DNA of 64,000 bases from the human T2T-CHM13v2.0 reference genome, Homo sapiens, in the NCBI RefSeq assembly GCF_009914755.1, contig NC_060947.1; one strand, given 5' to 3'. The position numbers and the translations under genes were made by a program. Of this stretch, positions 13,726 to 26,364 are shown piece after piece (position 1 is the first letter of the stretch; the number at the start of each line of letters is the position of its first letter). Below the pieces are notes generated by a model. The model ran no database searches and was not told where the DNA came from. It was given only the letters and a program-made list of their open reading frames with translations.

Positions 13726-15151
13726 GGAAATGAATGTGATTCTTCCTGCTGCTGGACTGCCTTTTTACAGTGGGGCTGCCATGGAATGATTTAATATTTT
13801 TCATATAACCTCTTCCTACTAAGATTTTCACCTCTCTTGTTTAACCCAAGTCACTTTTGGAGGAAAAACTAGAATTATATTCAGCACTGATTGGTAACAG
13901 TTGAGGATTAATGAGAGCAATACCTGGCTCTTATATTTTTAAATATTAATCTTTTAAAATTATTGAATATTTTATTAACTATTTTAACTTTTTTAATATT
14001 TAAAATGATTTCCAATTAATGGAATTCTTTAAAACAGCTTTTTAAATTTTAAAAGTTCTAGTTCAGAGCAAAATAACAAAGTAAGATAATGCATTACAAC
14101 TGTTGTTTCCCAATTAGCCATATCTATGGGAAGCAATCCTTAGGCCATGAAGTCTAAGCCCAATGTGCGCCTAGTACCATCTGACCTTCAAAGTTGGTCC
14201 AGAGACCCTGAGAGAAGGAAATGCCTTTATGAGTGCTGAGTCTGCAAATCCAAAAACCAACGTATAAGTACACGCTAAATATGTGTTGGTAGATTTTTAT
14301 GTAAGACCTTGGTGGTGTTATATATATTCTTTCATCTGATCTTTCTTGTTACTTATGTAACACATTTTCATTGCTACCAAGCAGGATTACAAGTTCAATT
14401 GTGACCTATGGAACAAAATGACTGACTAGACCTTGTGATATTTTAAACCATGACGTGGGGTGCATTAACTGGGTCCTGCAACCAAATGAGGCACATGCTT
14501 ACCTAATTTTCAGGGTCCTCTGGGCCACTTTGAGAGGGCTAGTGCAGGTAGAGCCAGCAGGATAACAGAACAGTGTACAGCCCAGAAGGTCACTTTCTGG
14601 TAGTTGGAAAGGGCAAGCTGTCCAGTGTTAGTTCTTTGACAAGAGCTGCCCCTAGGTCAGTGTACACACACATAAAATGTGTGTGAAAAGATGTAGACAA
14701 AAGGAATTCTCTGGGAGGTTATTAGTGTCAGTTACTTGTCAGTTACATCCAAGGGCCACAGCACTGCTGGTATAGCTTCCGTTGAGTTTCTGTGCCATAT
14801 TTTGGTTTTACGGGCAAGCAGCCTTCACCAGGATATGCTAAAGAGTCATCAATGGATTAGTAGCACTAACAAAAGGAAGATTCAACTTAATGAGAGAAAG
14901 TGTGCCTCATTAATGGTTGGGAAATTAAGCAGTCAGTTTCTAATCAATGCTAAGTGATAGAACTTCAGTGGAGGCTAAAGCTCATTAGTAGAATACACAT
15001 AGATGGTAATGACCTCAAAGGTATTTAAAATATAGGTGAAAAGAACTACATTAATAAGGCAAATCTATTCCACCTGTCCATGACTTGGCTCACTGTTCCC
15101 CTGTGTTATCTGTATGTCATTTGGTACATTTATTTATGAGAATAAATTTGC

Positions 15152-15194
15152 ATTTGTGTGGCGCAATTGGTTGGTATGCTTGGCTCCAACTCTG
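15152..15194 (+). pseudogene. Tailless retrocopy of a tRNA-Asn(GTT) 5' half
   Basis: 15152-15185 matches the first 34 nt of recalled tRNA-Asn (GTCTCTGTGGCGCAATCGGTTAGCGCGTTCGGCT) at 24/34, with 6 of 10 differences at CpG positions. Perfect 14-bp direct repeat GAGAATAAATTTGC at 15138-15151 and 15195-15208. No poly(A). Confidence 0.75.
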
Positions 15195-17514
15195 GAGAAT
15201 AAATTTGCCTGATAAAATATATGGTTTTCAAATTTCTACATAGATAATGGATTATGAGCAACACAATAATTTGCTTTCATGAAAAAAGTCTATAGGAAGA
15301 ATTGACTTATAATAAGGGCTTTGTTTATTCAGTAACTCATTTATTCAAGAATAATTGCCTTGAGGGAAAAATGGATAGCAAACCTAATGCAATAAATGTT
15401 TATTTGGAATTGTATTTAACTATTTCTTCCTTTTCTTCCTTGTGAAATGCTTTCTCAAATGTGATCTGTTAATAAATTATGCCAATATCGCCAAGGGCCT
15501 TGCTGAAGATGTTCATATTGAAATGTTCCAAAAATATGCCTTAGTTTCCCTGGCAGAAAGCCAATGGTGACATCAGAGATGGCATGACTATACTTCAAAC
15601 AGGACAATGCATATGACAGCCAACTTACTAGCTCTATTCTTATCCCACGCTTGCCAAGCTACTGCAAAAGCCTCAAGTGGTAATGCATAGGTAATTTGTA
15701 AGTCTTGTATCTCCTTTCTTTCACCTGGCCAATCTGTCCTCCTTAAGAGGCAACTTGAAGACTACAACGAGGAGTTTTAATAAAATCGTACTCTCCTATC
15801 TTCTCTTCCTCTTGCCTATCCTTTAAAATTTCCTTTTCTTGTTCATTCTTCTCAGAAATCCTCAGTTGGTTCTGGCATCTTTAGTGAAAACAGCCAGATG
15901 AGGTGTTTATCAATTCCTAGGGCTCCTTTTGTTTTCATTTAGATAAGAAACTCCCCAAGGGTAAGACCTTTATTTCTTGTTTGGCGAAGTGCAACATTTG
16001 TTCACAGCTCTCTATCCCCGATAAATGGAATTAGGAAATATGTCTTGAAGTAGAGCCAAGCACTGATACAAAGGCATCCAGCCTGCTTTCCATACCCTTT
16101 GCTTAGGAGAGTGGTGCTGTGACAATAAATGGCCCCTGGTCATTTGTAATTGGTTAATGTCCAGGGGTAGAGCAATTTAAAAGTCTAGAGAGCAAAGTGT
16201 AAGAATGATTTTGGCTCTTTTGAATATTTCCCCAACCAAGATCATCGGTAGATTGTAAGATCTGCAATCAGTAGAGGTTCCAGATATTTGCAGGCTTTTA
16301 ATTAATAAGGCTAAAGAATGGAATCAACCATTTTAGGAGCTCTGCAATGGTTACCATGTGTATCACATTGCTTAAAGCAGATGCTGCCTCTTGTCACGTC
16401 AGGGCCTAGCTTCTCCCTGAAGCCTTCTTCCCCTCATCCTGTCTCTGTTAGTTTTTCTTCTCTGTCATCCTCTACCACTTTCATACTTACCAGGCTCTGG
16501 GATTTCTTTAAAGGTCTACCATGTTGGATGCTCACTGTCACCTCAGTTGTGAAAACAGACTCATTTATACCTCAGGACATATGGCTGTTTTGGTTAAACT
16601 CCAAGGGCCTTGGTCTATTTATTTGTTGGAATCTTTCTAGTTTGTTATTAAATGACAGACAAGACAAATGAATACCACCTCTGGGTAAATTTACAAATTT
16701 TAATGACATTTCTCTCCATTAAGTTTTGACCTTAATAAGACAGCAGGGACCTTCATATAATAAAGTAGTTCATGCATTTTGTTTAGCTTTATAGACAGAG
16801 GAACACCAGAAGCATTTTCTCTTGAAACCAAAATGAGCTGTAAGCAACTGTACTGAGTCTCTAGAAAGGAATTAGTTTTGCCAGCGAGAGTTGAAACAAG
16901 GACGCTACTGCTATGTTCTGAGACCCTGAATTCTGTTCCAAAATAGATAAGACTGGATCTTGGCATCTGACTTTTTGTTTTTTCAGTGGTAGTCTGTTTT
17001 GAGTCACCTATATCTGTATGGTAACGATAGAGTGAGGAGCCATAAGTATTCATCCAGACAGAACAAGGACCTGAACAGTCAGGTCTTCTCAAGCACCAGA
17101 TGGCTCTATTTTACAGAAAAGGAAAACAATGCCTAGTTAGGTAAAACAGCCAGACCAGAGTCACTCTGCAAGTTAGAAGTGGAATCTTGCTCTCTTGCTT
17201 GTGTGTTACTGGTTAGCACATCACTATCCTGAAGAACAATTAATAATATCTCATTTCTTGCCTTAGGAGAAGTCTTTTAAATTACTGGTGCCTCAGTTTC
17301 CCTTTTATATAGATGGGACAAATGACATCATAGTTTATTCACTAATCCATTCAGCAAAAATAGTCTAGGTACTACAAAGACAGCCATATATCAAATGTAG
17401 TCCATATCTGGATATATGCACTTTTTCTATCAAAAAGCTACACACAAAAATTACAATACACCTTATTTTGCACTGCTATAGAGTTTAGGACAATGTACTG
17501 TAAGAGGATTATAT

Positions 17515-18212
17515 ATATATATATTTATTATTATTAAAGTTTTAGGGTACATGTGCACAACATGCAGGTTTGTCACATATGTATACATGTGCCATGTTGG
17601 TGTGCTGCACCCATTAACTCGTCATTTAGCATTAGGTATATCTCCTAATGCTATCCCTCCCCCTTCCCCCCACCCCACGACAGGCCCTGGTGTGTGATGT
17701 TCCCCTTCCTGTGTCCATGTGTTCTCAGTGTTCAATTCCCACCTATGAGTGAGAATATGCGGGTTTCTGTCCTTGCAATAGTTTGCTGAGAATGATGGTT
17801 TCCAGCTTCCTCCATGTCCCTACAAAGGACATGAACTCATCATTTTTTATGGCTGCACAGTATTCCATGGTGTATATGTGCCACATTTTCTTAATCCAAT
17901 CTATCATCGTTGGACACTTGGCTTGGTTCCAAGTCTTTGCTATTGTGAATAGTGCCGCTATAAACATACGTGTGCATGTGTCTTTATAGCAGCATGATTT
18001 ATAATCCTTTGGGTATATACCCAGTAATGGGATGGCTGGGTCAAATGGTATTTCTAGTTCTAGATCTCTGAGGAATTGCCACACCAACTTCCACAATGGT
18101 TGAACTAGTTTACAGTCCCACCAACAGTGTAAAAGTGTTCCTATTTCTCCACATCCTCTCCAGCACCTGTTGTTTTCTGACTTTTTAATGATCGCCATTC
18201 TAACTGGTGTGA
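17515..18212 (-). mobile_element. 5'-truncated L1PA (PA4/5-like), ORF2 C-terminus plus 3'UTR
   Basis: ORF 17743..18330 contains the ORF2p cysteine-rich motif [29 protein letters not shown] at 17507-17514 and 18211-18218. Endonuclease site TT/AAAAA on the minus strand. Confidence 0.95.
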
Positions 18213-19679
18213 TTATATTTTTAACAGTAGAAGCAGACTTTGCTGGACTCTTTCGAGCCCATGAAAGAAAAATGTAGGGTGTACATGCACAGGTATACCC
18301 TAAAACTTTTTGAAAATTGTGTATAAACATACAGTGTTTTCATCTCTTTTTCGTCATCATCCCCTGTCAAGCATGCATCATGTTCATACCATTGTACATG
18401 TGTTAGGAAAAAACTGGACCATTCAAAGATTGGCAAGATTGGCTGGACCCTTCATCCCATTCTTCTATCTTTACCTTTCTTCATTCTGTCACTCCTCCTT
18501 AGAACCCTCTACCCTGTCTATCCATATCAGCTTTGTTTTTCAAGGATCCACTTGAGGGACCAATAGGTTTGTATTTAGGTTATCTGTAGAGGATCTTAAA
18601 TGCACATAGGACATTACATTTTAAAGTTAGCTAACTCTTATTTTAAAGGCACTTGTCAAGCACTGGCCAGTACTCAGGGGTTTGCTGCATGATGGGTCAC
18701 CTTCATTGAGGAGCATTTGCAGAAACGGACTGCCACACGGTGATAACTTGGCTGGACTAAAGCACACAGATGTTTGAGCTGTTCTTTAATCATAGATTTA
18801 AATTTCCTATTTTCAGAGAATTCACTTTGGTTATAAGAAGAACCTTGTAGCAGGAATGGACCCCAGTCATCCTTTTATTGGGGAAAATTTTATGTTTTGA
18901 AAATGTTAACTAAGCCATAAAACATTCAGCCATCCAGTTTTTAGGACTGAAATATGGGAATCATTTCTGGATTTAGCTCTGCCTTTGTAATTCAGCTCCC
19001 CCAATATTAGAGCAGCCTCCATATGTCCCAATTAAGTGGCCAAAGCTTGGCTTCTGTGGATTGATTCCATAATGCAGACCGTAATAGCTCATAATGACTC
19101 TGAAAGAACTGTCTAGCCAATCTTGCCAAAACTAAAATTGCCTTTCATTTTTAATATCCCCAACTGTTCTCACCCTGTTGGGGATAGCAAATATATTTGC
19201 ATTTGGGGGGAACCTCATATGCAGCTCTGTGGAAAACATGGCACTTCTCGCTGTGATTTTATGAGCTATATGTAGCCAAGCCATGCATATCGTGAACATA
19301 TCTGCACACAGACTTGCCAGGACCTGTGATTCTTGCAAGCCTTTTCATTGTTCCTCAGAATTTGTCAGTAGGAAGTTGGTGAAATACATCTGCCCACCCT
19401 CCTCCTTATTTGGGAGCAGAATTCATACCAGGCATTTGGTTTCTTCAGACTGTAATTAACAACTATGGACTTAGAACTATATCCCCCACCCTAGCTGGTA
19501 GTATAAACAGGACACGTGGACAATAGCCTGACCATTCACTAGTCCTGTTATCTAGTGCTGCTAAGACTGGTTAAATGTTCTGACCTGAAATATAAGTATT
19601 TTGCCATTCTCTATTGTTCTGTACCATTTATTCTAGTTGATGTCACTTCTGTTCGTAACCTATAGAACTCTTTGTAGAT

Positions 19680-19975
19680 GGGAGAGAGATTTTGACTATC
19701 TAGAAATGAGAGGGGTAATTAATGCAGTAAAGACCTTTAGAAGGTGAAGGGGAATGGGGTCCAGAGCCCAGGAGGGCGGGCTAAAAAAATAGAGACAGTT
19801 CTTTGATTCTAAAAGTAGGGAAGGAAAAAAAGTTGAGGATACACGCAAGATAGGTTTGGGTGACAGTCAAGGTGACTTCCATTTTGTAAACTAAGTTAGA
19901 GGTAAGGTTGATCAACTGAGGGGGAAAGGGGGAGTGTAAGAGTAAAACTTGAGAAAGTGGCTAGAATTTGGATAG
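19680..19975 (-). mobile_element. Old L2 fragment
   Basis: Purine-rich L2-like tract GGGAATGGGGTCCAGAGCCCAGGAGG...CAACTGAGGGGGAAAG. Confidence 0.45.
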
Positions 19976-20499
19976 ATCCTGCTTTTCCCCAAACTAATTG
20001 TCTCTATCAGCAAGGACTGGGCCAGCTACCCTGAAATGATTCTGCCACGCAGTGACCATATTAAAAATCTTGAAAGCTTCATCAGTAAACTGCTTTAATG
20101 AGTAGGGCTCTGCAGCACTGATCCCACAATATGAGTTGGTCCCATTACAAACTGATAATGTCCAGCCTCAGCTGGGCTCTCACTGTCACTCAACAATCCA
20201 TTGATGTGTCTTGGTCTGCTACTTCTGCCATTACACACTACCTTCACTCCCAATAAATACATTAGGTGGTAATACTTGGGCTAGAAAATTTTCAGTGAGA
20301 TGATTCCTTTGCCATGGCAGGGACCTAGCTTGTGTGACTATCACCTAATCTTTAGTGCTAATTGTGAAAAGGCATGAGTCTTTCTGGACTTCTGAGGGAA
20401 GAAAGTCTTCTATTCTTTTCAGTTAAATCAACTAGGATGCAAAGCAGAATATAATTTCTCTCTAAAGTCCAGATTCCTTTGCCTTTTGTGGGGCAGCAG

Positions 20500-20534
<35 letters not shown>

Positions 20535-20546
20535 CGAGCACGAGAG
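20500..20546. repeat. (GA)n microsatellite
   Basis: AGAGAG... run of about 35 bp with a degenerate end. Confidence 0.95.
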
Positions 20547-20968
20547 CACATGACATTCCTATGAGTGACATTAGTAGAAGAGCTAGAATCTTCTACCATA
20601 ACAGGAATATGTTTATGTATGGCTAATGGTTTATATGAAATGAATGTGCATATGACTAAGTGAAGACTTTGAGATGAAAAAGTGAGAAACTTTGGGATGA
20701 GTGAACTTGTGATGAATCTAATGGGTGGCCTAGCATCAGAACCATAGCTATATCCACCTGGCCAGGTGGGCCAGGTAGATATAGCAGGTCAGATGAAATC
20801 CACTTTTCAGAATACGGGACTAATATTGAGCTGAGGTATTTGAAGAACAGGCATCCAGATATAATATAATATTAGGGATTACTGTGTTTCAGGCACTGTT
20901 CTCAGTACCTTATCTGTACAGTATTAACTCATTTAATCCTCACAACAGCCCTGTGAAGTAGGTACTGC

Positions 20969-21272
20969 GGTTTTCGTTTTGTTTCGTTTTGAGATGGCGT
21001 CTCACTCTGTCACCCAAGCTGGAGTACAATGGCCTGATCTCAGATTACTGCAACCACTGTCTCCCGGGTTCAAATGATTCTCCTGCTTCAGCCTCCTGAG
21101 TAGCTGGGATTACAGGCGCCCGCCACCACACCCGGCTAATTTTTGTATTTTTAGTAGAGACGGGGTTTCACCATGTTGGCCAGCATGGTCTCGAACTCCT
21201 GACCTCAAGTGATCCGCCCTTCTCAGCCTCCCAAAGTGCTGGGATTACAGGCATGAGCCACTGCGCCCAGCA
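20969..21272 (-). mobile_element. Full-length AluS (Sx/Sz-like) inserted in a MIR (~20870-21380)
   Basis: Dimeric Alu with a degenerate (GTTTT)n tail. TSD AAGTAGGTACTGC at 20956-20968 and 21273-21285. Confidence 0.97.
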
Positions 21273-21518
21273 AAGTAGGTACTGCTTTTATCCACTGAGG
21301 AGTGGGGAGTGTAAGTAAATTGCCCAGAGTTACAGGGCTAATTAACAGTAGAACTACATTTCAAGCCCATGCATTTAATTGGGAAGACTGTGAAGAAGCT
21401 ATCACCTGTTTTTAAAAGAGAGGGGTAAAGCAAATTACACAAGGTTAAACAGCTAATGGAACTAACTTGTTCAGGAACCCAGGTGTTCTGTGTGTAAGGT
21501 ATTGTTTTGTTACTGCAC

Positions 21519-21659
21519 CCTTAGTACTCAAAGTATCAGCAGCATTGGCATCACTTAGGAGCTTATTAGAAATGCAGGCTCTCAGTACACTTCTCACACC
21601 TGCTGAATGCAAGTGTGCATACAGTTATTTGTGTGCATATTAAAGTTTGAAAAACACTG
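21519..21659. mobile_element. MER5A (hAT-Charlie)
   Basis: CAGCAGCATTGGCATCACTTAGGAGCTTATTAGAAATGCAG...AAAGTTTGAAAAACACTG. Confidence 0.8.
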
Positions 21660-22719
21660 AGCTATTACTTCATTGGCACTAGTTTGCGGGACAGATATTT
21701 ACAAATACTGTTAGCCAAAGGCAGAAACTACATCCCAATTATCCATCTAAGACAGGGAAAGTATGAAATTTGGCAGGGTTTGGGGGTGGAGTTCACATAG
21801 TAGGAAACACAGGGATTTGAATAGTTGACCAGCCAGTATTGGAGAGGTTAGAGTTCAGAGGTAAATAAAATGGGATTCTACAGGAAATGAAGTTCTATGC
21901 AGTAACTTCATCACATAAGAGTTCCTGACTAAGTGAGGTATGTAGGCAAGCAGTACCAGAAGCTAGCCCTCCTAGAGCTCCTGTTATTTATTTGTCAAAG
22001 GGCAGAGCTGGTTTTGAAGTGAATCTGACTTTTGCAGTGGTTGCAGCAGGGAGGGTCAAAGGATAGATTTGGCACACCGTCTAGTTGATTTTTCAGCTTC
22101 CCTGTCCTGGGGGAATCACAGATTTCTCTGCTTTAAGTAAACTTGATATGTGAATATCTGGATTTATAAAACAGTAAAAATTATAGGTGTGGCAATCTCA
22201 GTTTATAGACTTTGTAACTAAATTATTCATTTTATTAGAGAGCACATGATATGTTGCTTTTTAATAATGAGCTCCCCTAACACATTTAAGACAGAATTCA
22301 ATTTTCAGCCCTGTTAAAAATTCAACCTAGTAAAAACATATACAATATAAGTAAGCTGCCCTTGCATGAGCCGGGATAATTTGCCTAAGCAACTGTGTAA
22401 AATGGTCTGAATGTTTCCTGAATTCAGGACAAATAGGATTTTGGTATATGTCACCCTTTGAAAGACAAAAGAGGTGCTTTCTGGAGAACACACTGCTCTT
22501 GACTTTAAGCCTCCTTCAGTTCTGTTTCACAGTTTTTATTCTTCATGGTCTGTTGAACTGAACTTGTGACTTCAAGTGGTTCACTGAACTGAGATTTATT
22601 GCAGTTTGAGGAAGGAAACAGTAAAATAAGAAGGCAGTTTTGCTATTTTTGTACAAGACCTCCTAAGCAACATTTCACAAAACACATGGTTTCAATTACC
22701 TCTGTGGCATCCACCCACC

Positions 22720-22945
22720 CACCCACTCATCCATTCAGCCAATATTGTCCAGTGTCACTATGTTAGGGCTGGGAATGCAGCAGTGGACAAGATACATACA
22801 GTTTCTGCTCTTTGGAGCTTATAGTCTAGGGTGAGATGCAGCCAGGTTAACCAGGCAGTTTCCAGTAGAGTGTGATTAACAGCTAGGATGATTGAACTCT
22901 GGGCTGTCATGAGAACATAAAAAAGATGTCTATGACCCAAACCAG
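22720..22945 (-). mobile_element. L2 3' end
   Basis: CATCCATTCAGCCAATATT...GGGCTGGGAATGCAGCAGTGGACAAGA...TGGAGCTTATAGTCTAG. Confidence 0.7.
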
Positions 22946-22966
22946 CTGCAATGAATAGACAGAAAT

Positions 22967-23577
22967 TATATTAGCTATCTGTGGCTGCATAAGAAATTAC
23001 CCCCAAAATTAGTGTTTTAAACAATATGTATTTGTTATTCCACAGATTTCCATGAGTCAGACACCTGGTCATGGTTTAACTTAGTCGTCTGCTTCAGTGT
23101 TTCTCATTGGTTGCAATCTAGGGATTGACCAGGGCTATAGTCATCTCAAAGTTTAACTGGGGAATGATCAATTCTAAGCTCACTTGCATGATGGTTGGCA
23201 GGATTCAGTTTCTTGTGGGTTGTTGGACTGTGGGCACCAGTTCCTTGACGGCTGTTGGCTAGAGGCTAGCCTCAATTATTTGCCATGGGGCCCTTTCCAT
23301 AGGGCAGCTGACAACATGGCAGCTGGGTTCATCGAAGTGGGAAAGTGAGGGAGAAAGAAAATTCCAGCAAGACAGAAATCAGTATTTTGTAAATGAATCT
23401 AAGAAGTGACATCTCATCAGTTTCGTCATATACTGCTCCTTAGAAACAAGTCACTAGGTCCAACTGTACTCAAAGGCAACAGCCCAACACCCAAAGAAAA
23501 GAGAAAAGGTTTATATAAGGATGTGACTGTCAGGAGGCAGGAAACATTGAGAGCCATTTTAGAAGCTGGCTACCACA
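22967..23577 (-). mobile_element. MaLR solo LTR (MLT1F-like)
   Basis: TATATTAG...CTACCACA termini. Perfect 5-bp TSD GAAAT at 22962-22966 and 23578-23582. Confidence 0.88.
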
Positions 23578-24273
23578 GAAATGTCCTCCTGTACAGAGAT
23601 GTAAGTTGTAGCTCCTTAATGGCTCTGTTGAACTATTCTTAGTCTCATTCTTACTCAAACTCAAAGTTTGTCACCAGGCTACCCTGCCTCCGGTTCATAG
23701 TATATTGTCATAGTGTTACCTCGATTGGCATGAAAAATAGTTATCAACTCCCTTATTTCTTCGATCATTTCAATCATAATGGTTGGGAGGGTCAGGAAAA
23801 TGCCTTCGGAAAGCAAGGATATTGGAACAAGTACAAATTTAATGCCGGCTTTCATGATATCTGTCTAAGATTTCTGGTAGGCCTTTTCTCTGAGACACCT
23901 GTTTTTAATTAGATTATTTTGATTTCTATGGCTTATTCAAGGTGCCTTTAGTAATGGATAATGTAGAACAAGTATATTTGTCCATTGGGATCTGGAAAAA
24001 GCTTGAAAACCAGCTCTCAGGAAGAGAGGTATATTAGTTAGGGTGAGGGCTATACTTCTATAAGAGACTACAAAATAGAATGACTTAAGTGAGATGACAA
24101 TCTCTCTCTTATTCTCACTCTGTAGTCCCTCTCCCTCCTCATCCCCTTCCCTGCCTTGCTCTCTTCTCTCTCTCATTACATTATAGCTGGTATAGGCTGG
24201 TAGGGAAGTTGTGCTCCATGCAGTAGTTCAAAGCTCCAGATACCTTCCATTGTTGTTCTGCCATCATCTAGAC

Positions 24274-24800
24274 CAGCGGTCCCCAACCTTTTTTACCAGG
24301 GACTGGTTTTGTGGAAGACAATTTTTCTGTGGACTTGGTGGGGGGATGGTGTAGGCATGATTCAAGTGCATTACATTTATCATGTACTTTATTTCTATTA
24401 TTATTTCATTATAATATGTAATGAAATAATTGAACAACTCACCATAATGTAGAATCAGTGGGAGCCCTGAGCTTGTTTTCCTGCAACTACATGGTCCCAT
24501 CTGGGGGTGATGGAGATAGTAACACATCATCAGGTATTAGATTCTCCTAAGGAGCCCACAACCTAGATCCCTCACATGCATGCACAGTTCACAATAGGGC
24601 TCGCACTCCTATGAGAATCTAATCCCGCCCCTGATCTGACAGGAGGCGGAGTTCAGGCAGTAATACCAGCAATGGGAAGCAGCTGTAAATGCAGATGAAG
24701 CTTCGCTCGCTTGCCCGCCACTCACCTCCTACTGTGTGGCTTAGGTCCTAACAGGCCACTGACTGGTACTGGTTCACGGCCTGGGGCTTGAGGACCCCTG
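24274..24800 (+). mobile_element. MER1A (hAT-Charlie), complete
   Basis: 527 bp, termini CAGCGGTCCCCAACC...GAGGACCCCTG. 8-bp TSD ATCTAGAC/ATTTAGAC. Confidence 0.92.
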
Positions 24801-24808
24801 ATTTAGAC

Positions 24809-25008
24809 CACAGATTGATAGATTATGGCTGGCAGATCAAATCTGGCCTGCTGCCTGCTTTTGTAAATAAAGTCGAATTGGAACACAACCAGCCCCATTC
24901 ATTTATATATTATCTATGTCTACTTTAGCACTACAACACCAGAACTGAGTAGCTTTTGACAGAGACCTTACCATCTGGCCCTTTATAGAACAAGTTTGCC
25001 AGCCCCTA
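24809..25008 (+). mobile_element. MER58A (hAT-Charlie)
   Basis: TTTGTAAATAAAG...GGAACACA...CTGGCCCTTTATAGAACAAGTTTGCCAGCCCCT. Confidence 0.85.
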
Positions 25009-26364
25009 CTCTAGGACATGGTCCTTGTGTGCATGTTTTCATTCCAGATTGTGGGAAGAGGGATGGGCAAGAGTTCAGAGTAAATAACTATATTTTAAGA
25101 AATTGTTGAGGAAGTTGTATATATGACTTTTGCTCAGAAGCCATTGATGAGAACTAGTCATGTGGCCACATCTGGCTGTAAGGGTGAAAGGAAAACGCAG
25201 TCCCTGATTGGGTGGCTTTATATTCAGACAGTACTCATGACAAGAGGATAATGTATACTGATATACCAATATTATTGACATTTTTCAATTAAACAATCTA
25301 ATGTACAGATAAGCAAATTTACTTTCTTAACGACACAGGGGTAGTAAGAAGTACTTTCTGACATCAGCAGAAAATATAATAGAGTTGAGCTGCTAGAAAA
25401 ACAAAAACAGTTAAAGAATTGGGCTACATAGAGATTGAAGCTAGAATACTATTCAGAATCCAGGGCAGCTTCAGAGACCTGAATATCGGGATAGGTGATT
25501 TTCAGAGGACCTACTTTCTTTCTCTCCTCCTGAAAACTGGCTTTCTAATTTTGTACTTGGTATAGCTTTTCTCTGTATCCCCTTTTCTTCTTACTCTTGT
25601 ATTTTCTCCTTATTTTTCTCTTGACCATAATTTCCTCATGACTCTAGTTTTACGGCATGGCATTTCTTGATTGATCTTTTCAGTCTCACTTCTCAAGGTC
25701 CTCTTTGTTCATTGCCTTGTTTTCACATTATTACCCTGTTCACATTTCTAAAAGGCAGAGTGAATTCTGTCCAGATTGTTGTCTTCAGAGTTTCTGGCCA
25801 CTTTTGCAATGGCTTCCTGAGGGTTAAGAATTACGCTTGTTTGTGGCATTGGTGACTACAGAGGGTGGGGTCATTTGGTATAAAAGATTATAAAAGATGG
25901 CTTTCAAGGGCTTTCCCTTGAACAAGGGAATGGATATGGGCAGTTGACAGGTTTACTATAATACCATAGTCATAAGAGCTACAGCCTCTCTTAAACACTT
26001 AATACTGCCCAGGGCCGTTATGTGTATCTTTTTATTTGTCATAACTAAAGCTTGTCAGTCTGCTCTTATTTGTGAATAAGCCAAATATCACCAATTCTTG
26101 GCATTATGTATTTGTAAAAAACAATTCTTTGAAGTTTGAGGATTCCCCTAGTGTAGATAGCTGCTGGCAGTTACAATTTGTTAATGAACATGAACCTCTT
26201 GGTAGGTTTAGCTGTAATAGAGGGACTGAGTAAAAACTCAAACTTCTTAGATGTTTGAGAAAGTTGGATTTATAACTTCACATTTTATTGTGTTCATCTT
26301 ATCACTTCCCACAGCAGCAATTTTCACCTCAAAATTCTCTTGCATTGTAGGAATGAAGGCTTAG

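Larger units (their letters stand above)
24030..25250 (-). mobile_element. MaLR LTR (MLT1J-like) split by two hAT elements
   Basis: MLT1 motifs at 24030-24265 and 25017-25250 (GCCATTGATGAGAACTAGTCATGTGGCCACATCTGGCTGTAAGGG). Confidence 0.7.

Noticed and set aside
13930-14055. AT-only inverted repeats
   Set aside because: Low complexity, expected by chance.
16318-17092. ORFs of 117 aa (+) and 130 aa (-) in unique sequence
   Set aside because: No recognisable domain, the 130-aa ORF lacks an ATG at its annotated start, and the lengths are within chance expectation.
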